DNA from: a virus | Lineage: Duplodnaviria > Caudoviricetes | DNA: 64,000 bases | Reading direction: 5' to 3' (one strand) | Virus record (IMG/VR): IMGVR_UViG_3300021387_000796 | Span: 96,001 to 160,000 of that record | In this document: in pieces, positions 20,117-31,044 of the stretch | Numbering within the stretch: the first letter of the stretch is position 1 | Layout: each line of letters opens with the position of its first letter | Position numbers and translations under genes: made by a program | The notes under the pieces: generated by a model | What the model saw: only the letters and a program-made list of their open reading frames with translations | Told to the model about the DNA's origin: nothing | The model's database searches: none

Positions 20117-21547
20117 ATGGAAAACATTATCATTAACGTACACGAAGACAACCTTTCAATTTTCAACGAAAAACTCAAGGAATTAAATGAGAAGTTCAGC
20201 AAGAAAGGACTTCCGCTCATCAACTGTTCTATGGAACAGAAAGAGATGGAATGTGTCGATGAATGGACTAAGGAAAAGTTTTCATACACAATGTATATTG
20301 CTACCCTTTCATCTGATTTTAATAATACAAATCTTAGTGGTGTTGATGTTGAATTCTGTGGAGTTGTATCTTTGGTAGAGGGCAATGAAAACGACAAGAT
20401 TTACACTTTCAAGAACATCAACTACTCTTCTCTCCTTGCAAACTGTTCTTGCGATAAATGCCACAAGAAAATTGGTCGTAACAAGTACCTCGTATTCAGT
20501 AAGGTTGGAAAAGAAGTAGAAACTCGTGATGACCTTGTAGTGCTTGGAACATCTTGTGCAAAAGATTATTTCCCATTCAGCGTAGAATCATATTTTGGTT
20601 TCTTGGAATCTGCTTTCGAAGAACTCGGTTCTTATGATGAATTCCGTGGTTCATTCGGTGGTTGTTCTTCTCATTATCACACACTTTCAGCAATCTATAC
20701 TGCTACACTTGCTTGTAGTGACAACTTGAAGTGCTATGAAAAAGAAGGTGTAACAAAGGGTAATGTTCTTGGATGGCTCAATAATCTTAAAATGGATAAA
20801 TACACATACTATCGTGATGCTTATCCTATGCCACAGAATCCTATTCCTTTTGAAGATGTAATTTCTTGGATAAAGGATATTTACGATACTGATGACTTTG
20901 TAAGTGATTTCCACACAAACGCTCGTTCAGTATTCTTCAAGACACTTAATGATGGTACTCGTGAAATGCGACATGAAATCCACGAAAAGTATATGGGAAT
21001 TGCCGTATATGCTATGTTCTCTGCAAAACAGAATCACGATAAAATGGTTGCTAAAAAGATTGCAGAAGAAAAGCGTATGGCTGAAAATGCAAAGGTTGAA
21101 TATTACGGCAATGTTGGTGACAAGTTTGAACTCACTCTTACTTTTGATAAATCATTCGGTTTTGAAGGTGCTTATGGTTTTACTTATATTCACCTTTTCC
21201 ACGATGATGAAAATCATGTTTTTGCTTGGAGTTCTAGTAATGGAAATTACAAAGTAGAATATGCTAAAAATGTAACTTGGGGTGGAATTGAATACGTTGA
21301 GTATGAAGTAGGACATAAATATCTCATTAAAGGTTCTATCAAAGACCATCGTGAGTATCGTAATGTAAAACAGACAGTTATTACACGTTGTAAGGTTTTA
21401 GATGATTTTATTGAAAGAAAAGTTGAAGTAAAGGAAAATCTCAAGGGTGAAAAATGTGCAAGAATTGTTGATGATGAAGAAGTTTTAGATAAGTTGCTTG
21501 ATACTACAAGTGAATCAGAATTTGAAAAAATTATAAAAATCGCATAA
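20117..21547 (+). CDS. phage protein with a CxxC motif and a probable C-terminal OB-fold-like domain
   Basis: CDKC..KIGR, GTSC, G..GDK...YG......D....F.W...GSIKDH.EY..VKQT..TRC. Confidence 0.6.
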   Translation: MENIIINVHEDNLSIFNEKLKELNEKFSKKGLPLINCSMEQKEMECVDEWTKEKFSYTMYIATLSSDFNNTNLSGVDVEFCGVVSLVEGNENDKIYTFKNINYSSLLANCSCDKCHKKIGRNKYLVFSKVGKEVETRDDLVVLGTSCAKDYFPFSVESYFGFLESAFEELGSYDEFRGSFGGCSSHYHTLSAIYTATLACSDNLKCYEKEGVTKGNVLGWLNNLKMDKYTYYRDAYPMPQNPIPFEDVISWIKDIYDTDDFVSDFHTNARSVFFKTLNDGTREMRHEIHEKYMGIAVYAMFSAKQNHDKMVAKKIAEEKRMAENAKVEYYGNVGDKFELTLTFDKSFGFEGAYGFTYIHLFHDDENHVFAWSSSNGNYKVEYAKNVTWGGIEYVEYEVGHKYLIKGSIKDHREYRNVKQTVITRCKVLDDFIERKVEVKENLKGEKCARIVDDEEVLDKLLDTTSESEFEKIIKIA

Positions 21548-21573
21548 TATATTTGTATAATTTTGGAGGATTT

Positions 21574-22041
21574 ATGAGTAAACGTTCGAGATTAAATGAT
21601 ATTTTCAGAAATATGAAACGAAGATGTTATGATGAAAAATGTAAATGTTATGAATATTATGGTGGAAAAGGGGTAAAAATTTGTGATGAATGGCTTAATC
21701 TAGAGCGAGTTCCTAAAGAAGATAATGCTACAAAAGGTTATCTTGCTTTTAAATCTTGGGCATTAGCCAATGGTTATAAAGATGATTTAACTATCGATAG
21801 AATAAATTATGACGGAAATTATGAACCTTCTAATTGCCGTTGGGTAACAATGAAAAATCAATGTAACAATCGAAGCAGTAATTATCTTATAACTTATAAA
21901 GGTGAAACAAAAAATCTTAGTTTATGGTGTGATGAACTTGAATTAGATTATTATAGAATTAGAGATAGATTGCAGAAATTACAATGGTCTGTTGAAAAAA
22001 GTTTTGAAACACCAATAAGAAAATGTAAAAGAAAACCTTAA
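21574..22041 (+). CDS. free-standing HNH homing endonuclease
   Basis: MKRRCY, YGGKGVKICDEW, LTIDRINYDGNYEPSNCRW. Confidence 0.85.
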   Translation: MSKRSRLNDIFRNMKRRCYDEKCKCYEYYGGKGVKICDEWLNLERVPKEDNATKGYLAFKSWALANGYKDDLTIDRINYDGNYEPSNCRWVTMKNQCNNRSSNYLITYKGETKNLSLWCDELELDYYRIRDRLQKLQWSVEKSFETPIRKCKRKP

Positions 22042-22129
22042 CGGTAATACTGTTGCTCGTGTAGTTGAATATGAAGACCCATTTGACACACTTATGGAAA
22101 CAATGGCTTCTGTAGAACAGAGTGCATAA
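22025..22129 (+). pseudogene. stranded original 3' end of the 20117 gene
   Basis: encodes VKENLNGNTVARVVEYEDPFDTLM..*, homologous to the present tail VKENLKGEKCARIVDDEEVLDKLL. Confidence 0.75.
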
Positions 22130-22329
22130 AATAAAAAATTACAAAGGAAATTTGGAATAAAAAAGGAGTAAAATAAAATGAATCCAACAATTTGTAATAT
22201 GACACTAGAAGAAAGATTGAAATGGCAACTTGAAGAAGAAAAAGAACTTCATGAAATTGAAAGAGAATTGCTCATTCATCAGATTGAGGTTCTTAAAGAA
22301 AAACTTGCTCGTAAATAAGGAGTAAAATT

Positions 22330-22933
22330 ATGAATCAGTTTGATATAAGAAAACAAGCAAAATCATCAGCAGAAAAGCATGGATATTACATACATAATGA
22401 AGAATATGAAGACGGATATTGTATAGGTTTTCGTGCAGGATATAATGAATGTAAAAATAATGCGAAAAATATAATTAAAGACTTGTTGAATTTGTTAAAT
22501 AATGAAGCATATAGAACTAGATGTTATGAAGAAATACAGAGGGCAGAAGAATTTATAAAGGAGTAATATATGACAAAAGAAAAACTTGAAGAATATCTGT
22601 CTAATCTAAACTTGAGTTATTATACCGAAGAAGAACTCGAAAAGATTTATAATTCGGTAAAATCAGCAGTAGATTGTATTGAAGAACATATTGGATGTGA
22701 GGAGTAAAAAGGAGTAATAAATTATGCTAAAGAAAATCATTTATTATGTAAGACAGTTTTTGAATTTAGTTTGTATCAGTAATGGACTTTCTTGTTTGAT
22801 AGGAGTATTTACTCATACATTAACTACAGAAATGCAATTTGTCATTGGTGGTATTGGTATGTTTTCCTTTATTTACGGTGCAAATAAAATAATTGAACTT
22901 GCTATTGAAGAACATATTGGGCATGAGGAGTAA
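22330..22933 (+). CDS. small hypothetical genes (22330-22566, 22570-22707, 22724-22933)
   Basis: each preceded by AAGGAGT RBS. Confidence 0.6.
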
Positions 22934-22938
22934 TTAAA

Positions 22939-23246
22939 ATGAGTAAAGAATGGTTTTTGGAAAGTTTGGTTGACCCTCGGTTTTTAATTCTGTCAGAGAA
23001 TTTCAGTCCGATGTACAAGAGGGTGGAATTATTGAATCTGACGGTTGTGGTAATCTTCTTTTCATCAATAAAGAAACACTTCAACTTGAGGAAGGTGAAA
23101 GTTGCTTCAAGGATGGAATTGAAGTTTGGAAAGTTGCAGAAGGTGAACCCTCTTATGGCATACCTGATGAAACAATTGAGAGAATTATCAACCACTTTAG
23201 TGATGATAAAAGACAGTTGATTGGAGTTCTTTGGTATAACAAGTAA
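22939..23246 (+). pseudogene. ORF requiring a -1 shift in the T-run at 22981-22985
   Basis: the -1 frame gives protein-like FNSVREFQSDVQEGGIIESDGCG...VLWYNK*. Confidence 0.55.
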
Positions 23247-23435
23247 AAAAGGAAAATAGATTATGATAATTTTTATCAAACATAAAGACGGACGTGCGGA
23301 AAGTTATAAAATAAAAGATTTCACCATGGTGGATTCTACAATCCGTATAGTAACAGAAGACAAAATTTTATATTTAGATTATTTTGATATTGAAGATATG
23401 CAAATAATTAATTCTTAAAAAGGAGAATAATAATT

Positions 23436-24593
23436 ATGTGGCTGAAGAGTGCCTTGCAAGAACATTATGGTATCACACGAAAAGGTCATAGCGGACATTT
23501 GAATAAAACTATAGACGAATTGTTGAACAAAATTATTTTAATGGATTGCGCTGAATATTATAATAGAAAAGTGAATTTTTGCTTTTATAAAAATACTTCA
23601 TCGAAAGCATCTATGAAAATCGATTTTGATAATAATACCGTTGATGTAAAAATCTTGATGAGGTATTACGCTCACAAAAGTTCAAACATTCATAAACTAT
23701 ACGAATTTCTTTCTGTTGAAAAAGAATATAGCAGTAAAATAAACGATATGTTTTATGAAGTTCGTGCATATTATATTGATGAAAGTGCGATTGGTATTTC
23801 TTTCAAATATAATAAAGATGAAGTTTTAAAATAAAAATCAAAAAGTTATTGACAAATAGTTATAAATAACTTATCATACATTAAAGGAGTTAAGAAAATG
23901 TATCATGATATAAGCGACCATGAACTTATTGAATGGTGTAACAAGTGGAATTTGCTTACTAAAATTCAGAAAAGACTAATTACTCTATTGGAAGAATCAC
24001 CTAGAGTTGGAAATTATTCCGATATTGTAAAGTTCTGCGGAATTAATGTAAACAATCAGACCGCAAACATGAAACAGATTAAAAAACTTGTTGAATGGGG
24101 AATTATCACAATTTCTGATTTTGAAGAAAAGGATAAAGAAGAACTTGAACATCAGATTGGAATCGCCATAAACAGTAGAACTAAAACTTTCCGATTGGCA
24201 GAAGGTTGGTTTAAGGCATTGAGTGATTTAGACAGTGATAAAATTATAGAAAAATAGAGGATAAAAATGGTTAAATTTGAAACATTTGAAAAAACCATAA
24301 AATTATTAGACGACATCAGTCTTGAACTAGATAATTTTAATGATGGACTGCAAAAAGTGTTCGGTGTGGATTCTTGCACGATGTATTATACACCTTCGTC
24401 TATTGTCGATGATTATGTAATTGATTTTGTACAGACAGAATTTGGTGAAAGTAAAGAAGGTGCTGAATGGTTTGTATATGAAGGACTTCCGCAAATTAAA
24501 AGAGGTGGAACTAGTATTGAAGAAAATGGTAAAATATGGAATATTAAAAGTATAAAAGATTATTACAATTATTTAATCTCCTTACAAAAATAA
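23436..24593 (+). CDS. three hypothetical proteins (23436-23834; 23898-24257, possible winged HTH; 24267-24593)
   Basis: RBSs; sigma70 promoter at 23849-23877. Confidence 0.6.
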
Positions 24594-24737
24594 TTGTTGT
24601 TATTTAAAAAAGTAATTCGTTACCTCTCCTTGAGAACGCTTGTTTTTGTACTCCTTCCAAGCGTTCTCTTTTTTAACTATTTTTTTTTAAGTATAGTTGT
24701 TATACATACTTATTTAAAAAGAGAGGTAAAAAATCAA

Positions 24738-25412
24738 ATGAATTTCCTAGATTTTTATAATCAGCATTACATTAGTTTAACATTCATCATCATTTGTTTG
24801 GTTGGATGTGTGGTTTTATCGATTGTTTATTTTTTTCGTAAATCTGACAAAAAAATAAAAACTCCGTGGTTTGAAATAGCGCCTGATTCAGTGAATGTGC
24901 CAGAATCAGAAGATATGGGAAAAACTAGACTTTTATTAAAAAGACAATTCGAATACGTGGATAATTATATAAATGGTTTATCGAATACCTTTTTAGCACT
25001 AGAAAAAGTTATCGTAGAAGATGCTATGAAAGTATTATTTCAAGACGGTAAAGTTCCAAAAACACACATGCAAACTTGCCTTATAAGTTCTAACACAAAT
25101 GAACTTATACAACAATTAAAAAATTACATAAACGGTCTACTAGTAATTAATCATATAGGAAGCAATAAAGATAAAATAAAGAGATATGCAAAATCACACG
25201 TTTGTCAAGTTGTGGCAATTACAAAGAAGCACGCTTGCGATTTATTTTGTAAATTAAGCGGTGCAATATGTACAGATTCTAAAAAATATTGGAATAGTAT
25301 TGGAATAAGCGACCCTAATTCATGGGCAGAAATACATCTGACAGAGTTGTTAATTGGTTTAAGTGAATTGAGATATTCGGATTTTGATATGACAAATGAT
25401 ACAGAGGAATAA
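24738..25412 (+). CDS. single-TM membrane protein (AACTAT class)
   Basis: N-terminal TM; GAGG RBS; TAACTAT at 24674. Confidence 0.6.
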   Translation: MNFLDFYNQHYISLTFIIICLVGCVVLSIVYFFRKSDKKIKTPWFEIAPDSVNVPESEDMGKTRLLLKRQFEYVDNYINGLSNTFLALEKVIVEDAMKVLFQDGKVPKTHMQTCLISSNTNELIQQLKNYINGLLVINHIGSNKDKIKRYAKSHVCQVVAITKKHACDLFCKLSGAICTDSKKYWNSIGISDPNSWAEIHLTELLIGLSELRYSDFDMTNDTEE

Positions 25413-25437
25413 AGTTTGAGATACAATCAAAAAAATT

Positions 25438-25466
25438 AATCCGCCCTTTTGAAGAGCGGATTTTTT
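25438..25466. terminator. bidirectional terminator
   Basis: AATCCGC/GCGGATT flanked by A and T runs between convergent genes. Confidence 0.75.
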
Positions 25467-25777
25467 TATTTTCCGTCATTATCAATTTCTGTATTTATTT
25501 CTTGTGTTTCTAATGGTTTTTTATCATTATAATCTTTTTTAGGTTCGAAACCTTGTAAAGCCTTTGGGGTAACAACTAATGTGGTTAATACACCTAGTAA
25601 AGTTGCTACTGCATAAAAGAATGAATTATCCAACGGTCTTTTTAAGAAGTGGAATAAACAAAATACAATTACAGATGCAACAATCACAACCATATCAAAC
25701 ATTATAACAGTAGCAAATGCCCATCTTGTTGAAGAAATACTTGAATTATCGTCTGAAATTTCTCTTATACTTATCAT
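25466..25777 (-). CDS. putative holin-like two-TM protein
   Basis: SSTR followed by two TM segments and a charged C-terminal tail; AACTAT just upstream. Confidence 0.45.
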   Translation of the reverse strand: MISIREISDDNSSISSTRWAFATVIMFDMVVIVASVIVFCLFHFLKRPLDNSFFYAVATLLGVLTTLVVTPKALQGFEPKKDYNDKKPLETQEINTEIDNDGK

Positions 25778-25788
25778 AAGAGAAATAG

Positions 25789-26349
25789 TTATTTTATCAG
25801 TTTATTCTTTTCTAATTCATTCAACAAATCGTCAAACTTTATAAACTTGGAATACTGTTCTATTAAATTAAAAGCGTTTTCCAAATCAGCACAATTTATA
25901 GGGTTAGATTCTTTATCATATCCATTTGAAAATACAATGTTCCAACTGAAATTATCTTTATTAAAATGTGGTTTTATTGTTGCAACATAATCCATAAAAT
26001 TCACATAAATTTCGTTGTGTATTATGTATTTACGCCCTTCAATATACATTTTTTATTTCTCCCAACAGATAGGAACATATTTTAATTCCATATAAGGTTC
26101 GACTTTATCATAAATGTATTCGAAACAAAGATGATATTTTGTTCTTGCCCAACAGTTAAATTTTTCATTAGAAAATTCTTCAGCATATTTATACAAATTT
26201 TCCAATGCGAATTCTTTTATAACATCAACCAATTCATCATCTTCATTTTCACAAAATTCATTAAAGAAAGTTTTTTCAATTTCAGCAACTTTTTCCCAAT
26301 CGAAAAAAGTCATTATTTCAGCAATCGATTTATGCAATGAATCTTTCAT
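25789..26349 (-). CDS. two hypothetical proteins (25789-26049, 26053-26349)
   Basis: packed ORFs. Confidence 0.55.
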
Positions 26350-26356
26350 AAACACC

Positions 26357-26581
26357 TCATTTTCTTTTCGGTTCAATCAAACGATAAACTTGAATTAAAA
26401 TCAAAATTACATTCAAAAATATATTTGACCAACTATGGATAAAAATACCATACACGATAAACAACGATGCACCTATGGAATCCAAGATACGAATAATCCT
26501 TACATCTTTGAACATGAAGGCAAGTATGATAAATAAACTTCCAATCATTCCTAAAACTTCAACCACTTCAATCCTCCACAT
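26357..26581 (-). CDS. YgjV-like small inner membrane protein
   Basis: G...S.....F......IR.L..IG...F..YG......N pattern. Confidence 0.6.
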   Translation of the reverse strand: MWRIEVVEVLGMIGSLFIILAFMFKDVRIIRILDSIGASLFIVYGIFIHSWSNIFLNVILILIQVYRLIEPKRK

Positions 26582-27027
26582 AATCGATTTTTCTTACTCT
26601 TATTTTCCCGCAATCCAAGTTTATAATTAAAATGTATCCATCTTTATCATTAAATGAAATGTCTTTGAAATTAAACTTGAAATCCAAATATTTTTTCACC
26701 GCTGATATAGAATCACAAATTGCAAAAACTTCAGTCACATCTTCTGTTAAAAATTCTATTATATATTTTGTCGATAATTTCATACAAATTCCTTTTTTAA
26801 TGAGATTTTTCCCAAATTTTTGCAACGTTGAACCAAGGATAAATTTTTACCTTTTCGGCATACATAAATCCATCGACAAAATGAATAACTTCAATTTTAT
26901 CATCTGTAAAACTTTTTTCAACATTGAAAACTTCCGAATAAACGATTTTAGATAAGCACCATTTATTTTTAATTTTTGTATATATTTTAAGTATCATATC
27001 TTCATTCACCTCACAATATAAATTTAT

Positions 27028-27852
27028 TCAGACTTCAATTAAAGGTTCTCTCCATTCATCAGAACCAAAATCACGAATACGAATAGAATTTTCAACTTCT
27101 TTATTTTCTGTTCCTTCTAAATAACTATGAGATGCGTATACTGTAGGTTTAATAGCATTAAATGAAAAATAATTTATTTTCATTTCTCCATTACCTTTAG
27201 CGAGCCACTGAGAAAGTTCACGATTCGTCATTCTACGAGTAAATTTTATATTATCTATAAATTTTTTTAATTCTTTACATTCATGACAATATAAACCGTT
27301 GCATTCTGCGCATTTTTCATTATTACGAATAAAATTTTTACTAACTGTATTCATAACAAATTCACATTTTTCTTTATCACCAAAATAAATAGGATTGCTT
27401 ACATCATATTTAGATATAGACAAATTAAAACAACCGTTTTTATATATATTGAGAACATATGTATTATAATGCTTTTCATTTTCTTTTATTGTAGGTTTAA
27501 TCCGCCATTCATAAGCATCCCATTTTATATCATAAAAGAATGCACTTGTTATAGAAAAATCATCTTTCCATTTATTTAGAACAAGTCTTTGAATAGTTTT
27601 ACCTTCAAGCCACGCTTTTTTTACTTTTAAGTTAGGGTCATAATAGCAGAAATCACATTCTACACAATGATTCGTAAAAGGTTTTTCTGTTCCCTTATTT
27701 ACTTTAAAGATTCTATCTTTATCACCACTATTCACAAAATTTTTTAAATTTTGATATGTTTTGGCAAGAATACAATCTTTTCCTTCAAGTTCATCAGACC
27801 ACTCAAGATAAACGTATCTTTTATCAAATAATTCAATATCCATAAATTTCAT
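27028..27852 (-). CDS. modular hypothetical protein
   Basis: paralogous N-terminus with 19065-19502; CxxC..CxxC; MTNRELSQWLAKGNGE module. Confidence 0.6.
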   Translation of the reverse strand: MKFMDIELFDKRYVYLEWSDELEGKDCILAKTYQNLKNFVNSGDKDRIFKVNKGTEKPFTNHCVECDFCYYDPNLKVKKAWLEGKTIQRLVLNKWKDDFSITSAFFYDIKWDAYEWRIKPTIKENEKHYNTYVLNIYKNGCFNLSISKYDVSNPIYFGDKEKCEFVMNTVSKNFIRNNEKCAECNGLYCHECKELKKFIDNIKFTRRMTNRELSQWLAKGNGEMKINYFSFNAIKPTVYASHSYLEGTENKEVENSIRIRDFGSDEWREPLIEV

Positions 27853-27900
27853 ACCTCAATTCTCAATATATTTCATTAATCGGTAAAAATCAATAAGATT

Positions 27901-29170
27901 TTATGTCTCCATCATTTTTATATTTTTATTACCAAACATTAAAAAATTCTTTAATGCTTCTTCAACATCTTCTTCTTTATAAGACGTGCAAATACAATCC
28001 CACACATTTTCTTTCTCTTCATAATATAATGCCAACTTACCGCCATGCATATTATCCCACATTTTTTCATTCAATTTTGAAAGGTTAGGAATTACAAATT
28101 CAAACTTTGTGGAATCAGCCTTAAATTCAATTGAGCAGTTATACCTCTCATATCCTTCAAATTTGATAGATGTGATTTCAAGGGATGGATTTTTGAAAAT
28201 CTCTTCTCTCAGTATATTCTGTAGATATTCAAAATCTTCCTTCTCTTTATACTTCTTTCTTTTATCTAAAGATTTATCTTCATTCATAAGAATCCAATTC
28301 TGAGCAGAAGTAAGTAGTTTTTCAGAATAATACATGTAACGAACCGTATCTTTAATAACTTCAATTCTATCTTTTTTAGCAAGTTCCAACAATTTAGAAT
28401 ATTTATAATATTCCTTACGCATATCTTCTACCAATTCATCAGCATAATTCAACTTTAATTCATTTGCGTTAAGGTTTAATCCGAATTTTTCATGTTCAAT
28501 AATCATATATTAATCCTCTCATAATTCTTTGAAAACTTTGAAAAATTCAACATCCAATCCACAAAGGGCATTTAATATCAAATCGATTATAATCCATGAT
28601 GCAACGTGAATAATTAAATAACCAAGCATCGGAAAAATCAGCCATAAAATAAGCATATTTGAATAAATACTAATCACTACACCTATCAAAAACATAGAAA
28701 ATGTAATTGCAAATAATGTATTCATGATTTTTTCAAAAATATCAGTAAACTTCATATAAATTTACCTCTTAATCGAACAAAAACTTGGTTTCTTCATTAT
28801 AAGGAATCCATTTGGTGTGCTTTTCCTTACAGAAAGATTTGAAAACATCAAGGAATTTAATGAAAGCCTTTCTATCCTTGAATTCTTCTTCGTTTCTGCA
28901 ATGTCCACCTTCATAATAACATGAAAGCCAATATGACGCTTCCTCACAAAAATCATCAACTGTCCTATAAGGTTCTACACTAGTATCAGATTCTACCCAC
29001 GCATCCTTACTTGGGTCAAAATGAACTTCTTCATGTTCCAAATAATAACCGTTAGCAAGTTCGTTCCAATACTTGGCACATAAAGCAAGCAATTCAGATG
29101 AAGACTGCATAGCATGATGTATTGCCTTAATCATTGTAGGTTTTCTTGTTGTTCGTTCGTATCGTTTCAT
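27901..29170 (-). CDS. three hypothetical proteins (27901-28506, 28519-28755 membrane, 28769-29170)
   Basis: RBSs; sigma70 promoter with -35 at 29215-29220. Confidence 0.6.
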
Positions 29171-29341
29171 AATTTTTACTCCTTATATAGAAGAATATCA
29201 CAAATAAAGAGTTTTGTCAAGGGAATTATAAAAAAAAATAACCTACTCTCATAAAAGAAAGTAGGTTATTATACCAATTATAGGTAATATTAAAATAATT
29301 ACCGAGAATTAGTCTAAATATTCATTAAAAATATTTTTTTA

Positions 29342-29623
29342 TTATTCTTCAGTCCAAATATCAAGTCTTCGTTTAAGAATATGCATAAGTTTCTTCTGCA
29401 CGATATACTGTTTTGCCAAAAGTTTCTTCTGTTCACCACTCAAAGAATTAAGCAATTTCTGATGTGCTTCCCAATTATCAGATTTAATTTTACCTAGCAG
29501 ATTGCCAAGTTTCTCATTTCTTTCTGTAAGTTCATCAAGTTCAATCTTTACTCTTTCTTTGGCGGTGGTTGTTTTTGAAGTTTCTTTAATTTCTTTATTG
29601 TTTTCTGTTTTCTTTTTAGCCAT
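29342..29623 (-). CDS. small coiled-coil protein
   Basis: ERVKIELDEL..R.EKL...LL.KQ..Q.....IL..RL pattern; AGGAG RBS. Confidence 0.6.
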   Translation of the reverse strand: MAKKKTENNKEIKETSKTTTAKERVKIELDELTERNEKLGNLLGKIKSDNWEAHQKLLNSLSGEQKKLLAKQYIVQKKLMHILKRRLDIWTEE

Positions 29624-29785
29624 AACATTTATCTCCTTTTTCAAAAAAAATTATGTATAAATTAAATATAATGTAGGAAAGAGGGGAATTCAATACCAAA
29701 ATGAAAAAAAAATAACCCACTCTCATAAGAAAGTAGGTTATTAAATGTTATGTAACTTGATTAACTTTTTTAAGTAAGTTACAGA

Positions 29786-30316
29786 TTATTCGTGGTCAGA
29801 TATCCAAGATGAAATGTCAGAAATCATACTAACTAATTTTTTATTTTCCAACATCCATGAACTATAACCATCAAGCGCACTTACAATGTTACTTAAATCT
29901 TCTGTAATTTCTTCATCTTTTACAGATTTATTGATTTCATCTTCGAGATTTTCCAAGGCATTACGTGTGATTTCTGCGTCTTCTTTATCATTTTCATAAC
30001 TTGAATCTTCTTTATCAAGATTTTCTATGAATGATTCAACTTCTTCAATTCCATCTTTAATGAGTTTAGAATCGCATAAATCAGAAAGTTCATCCCAAGA
30101 AACCATACCAATATCCTTCTTTAATTGTTCACCGTCAAAACGAAGAATATCATTTAAGTGTGTAAGGTCAATTCCGTCATAGTAAACATCATCGATATAC
30201 TGTACAAAATTGTCATACATGTCAGCATCAATAATCTCTTCAAGTGTTTTTTCAGCACCACTCCACAACATTCCTTTCAAATCCCATTCGCTAGGGTCTT
30301 CTATAAAAATCTTCAT
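29786..30316 (-). CDS. highly acidic protein
   Basis: WSGA..TL...T.LND.L.F motif; D/E-rich. Confidence 0.65.
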   Translation of the reverse strand: MKIFIEDPSEWDLKGMLWSGAEKTLEEIIDADMYDNFVQYIDDVYYDGIDLTHLNDILRFDGEQLKKDIGMVSWDELSDLCDSKLIKDGIEEVESFIENLDKEDSSYENDKEDAEITRNALENLEDEINKSVKDEEITEDLSNIVSALDGYSSWMLENKKLVSMISDISSWISDHE

Positions 30317-30350
30317 AATTATTATCTCCTATCGTTTTTAGTTTATATTA

Positions 30351-31019
30351 TTAGAACTGTTCAGTTACTTCTCTAATGGCGTCAGTGATGAACTCTTCCA
30401 AATCATCAACATCTTCTTGTAAAAGAACTGTATTAGGTTTGTAATTATTTACCAAAGCATGTCCATATTCGTCTTGTACTGTCATAGAAACTGTAAGTTC
30501 AATACCTTCATCGGTTTCTTCAAGTTCGCAAAAAACATCAGTGTACAAATCCATTCCATCCAAATCATTTTCATAATTGGAAAGTTCTTCAGCGATGTCT
30601 CTTGCACCCATATCATACAAATCATTATAATTCAACTTTTCATCATCTTTATCTGTGATTCCAAGTTCAATGAGTTCATCTTTATTTTCATCCCAAACTC
30701 TTTCTCTTGCATAATCAAGTTGTGAATCCATCATATCTTCACAAATTTTAGCAAGTTTCTTGTTACTTGGTGTATATCCGCTAGAATAAAAATATGTAGG
30801 AAGTGTAATGTAATCTATATCAACATCACCATTAGAAGTGATTCTTGCACGACCTTTATTGTCATAAGTAACGATACCATCAGAATAACCCAAATCAAAC
30901 AAATCAGAATGTGGGTCTTCCAAAATACTTACGATTGTATCTCTTACCAACTGTTCAAATCCTACTGTACGATATTCTTTTAATGATTTTTTATTTCCTT
31001 TCTTTGATTCCATAATCAT
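30351..31019 (-). CDS. highly acidic protein with an N-terminal ESKKGNKKSLKE leader
   Basis: linker motif at residues 4-15. Confidence 0.7.
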   Translation of the reverse strand: MIMESKKGNKKSLKEYRTVGFEQLVRDTIVSILEDPHSDLFDLGYSDGIVTYDNKGRARITSNGDVDIDYITLPTYFYSSGYTPSNKKLAKICEDMMDSQLDYARERVWDENKDELIELGITDKDDEKLNYNDLYDMGARDIAEELSNYENDLDGMDLYTDVFCELEETDEGIELTVSMTVQDEYGHALVNNYKPNTVLLQEDVDDLEEFITDAIREVTEQF

Positions 31020-31044
31020 TATTTCCTCTATTTCCTTTTATTCG

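Noticed and set aside
21547-22041. Group I intron housing the HNH
   Set aside because: The flanks leave no room for a ribozyme core, and the upstream gene has its own replacement tail and stop.
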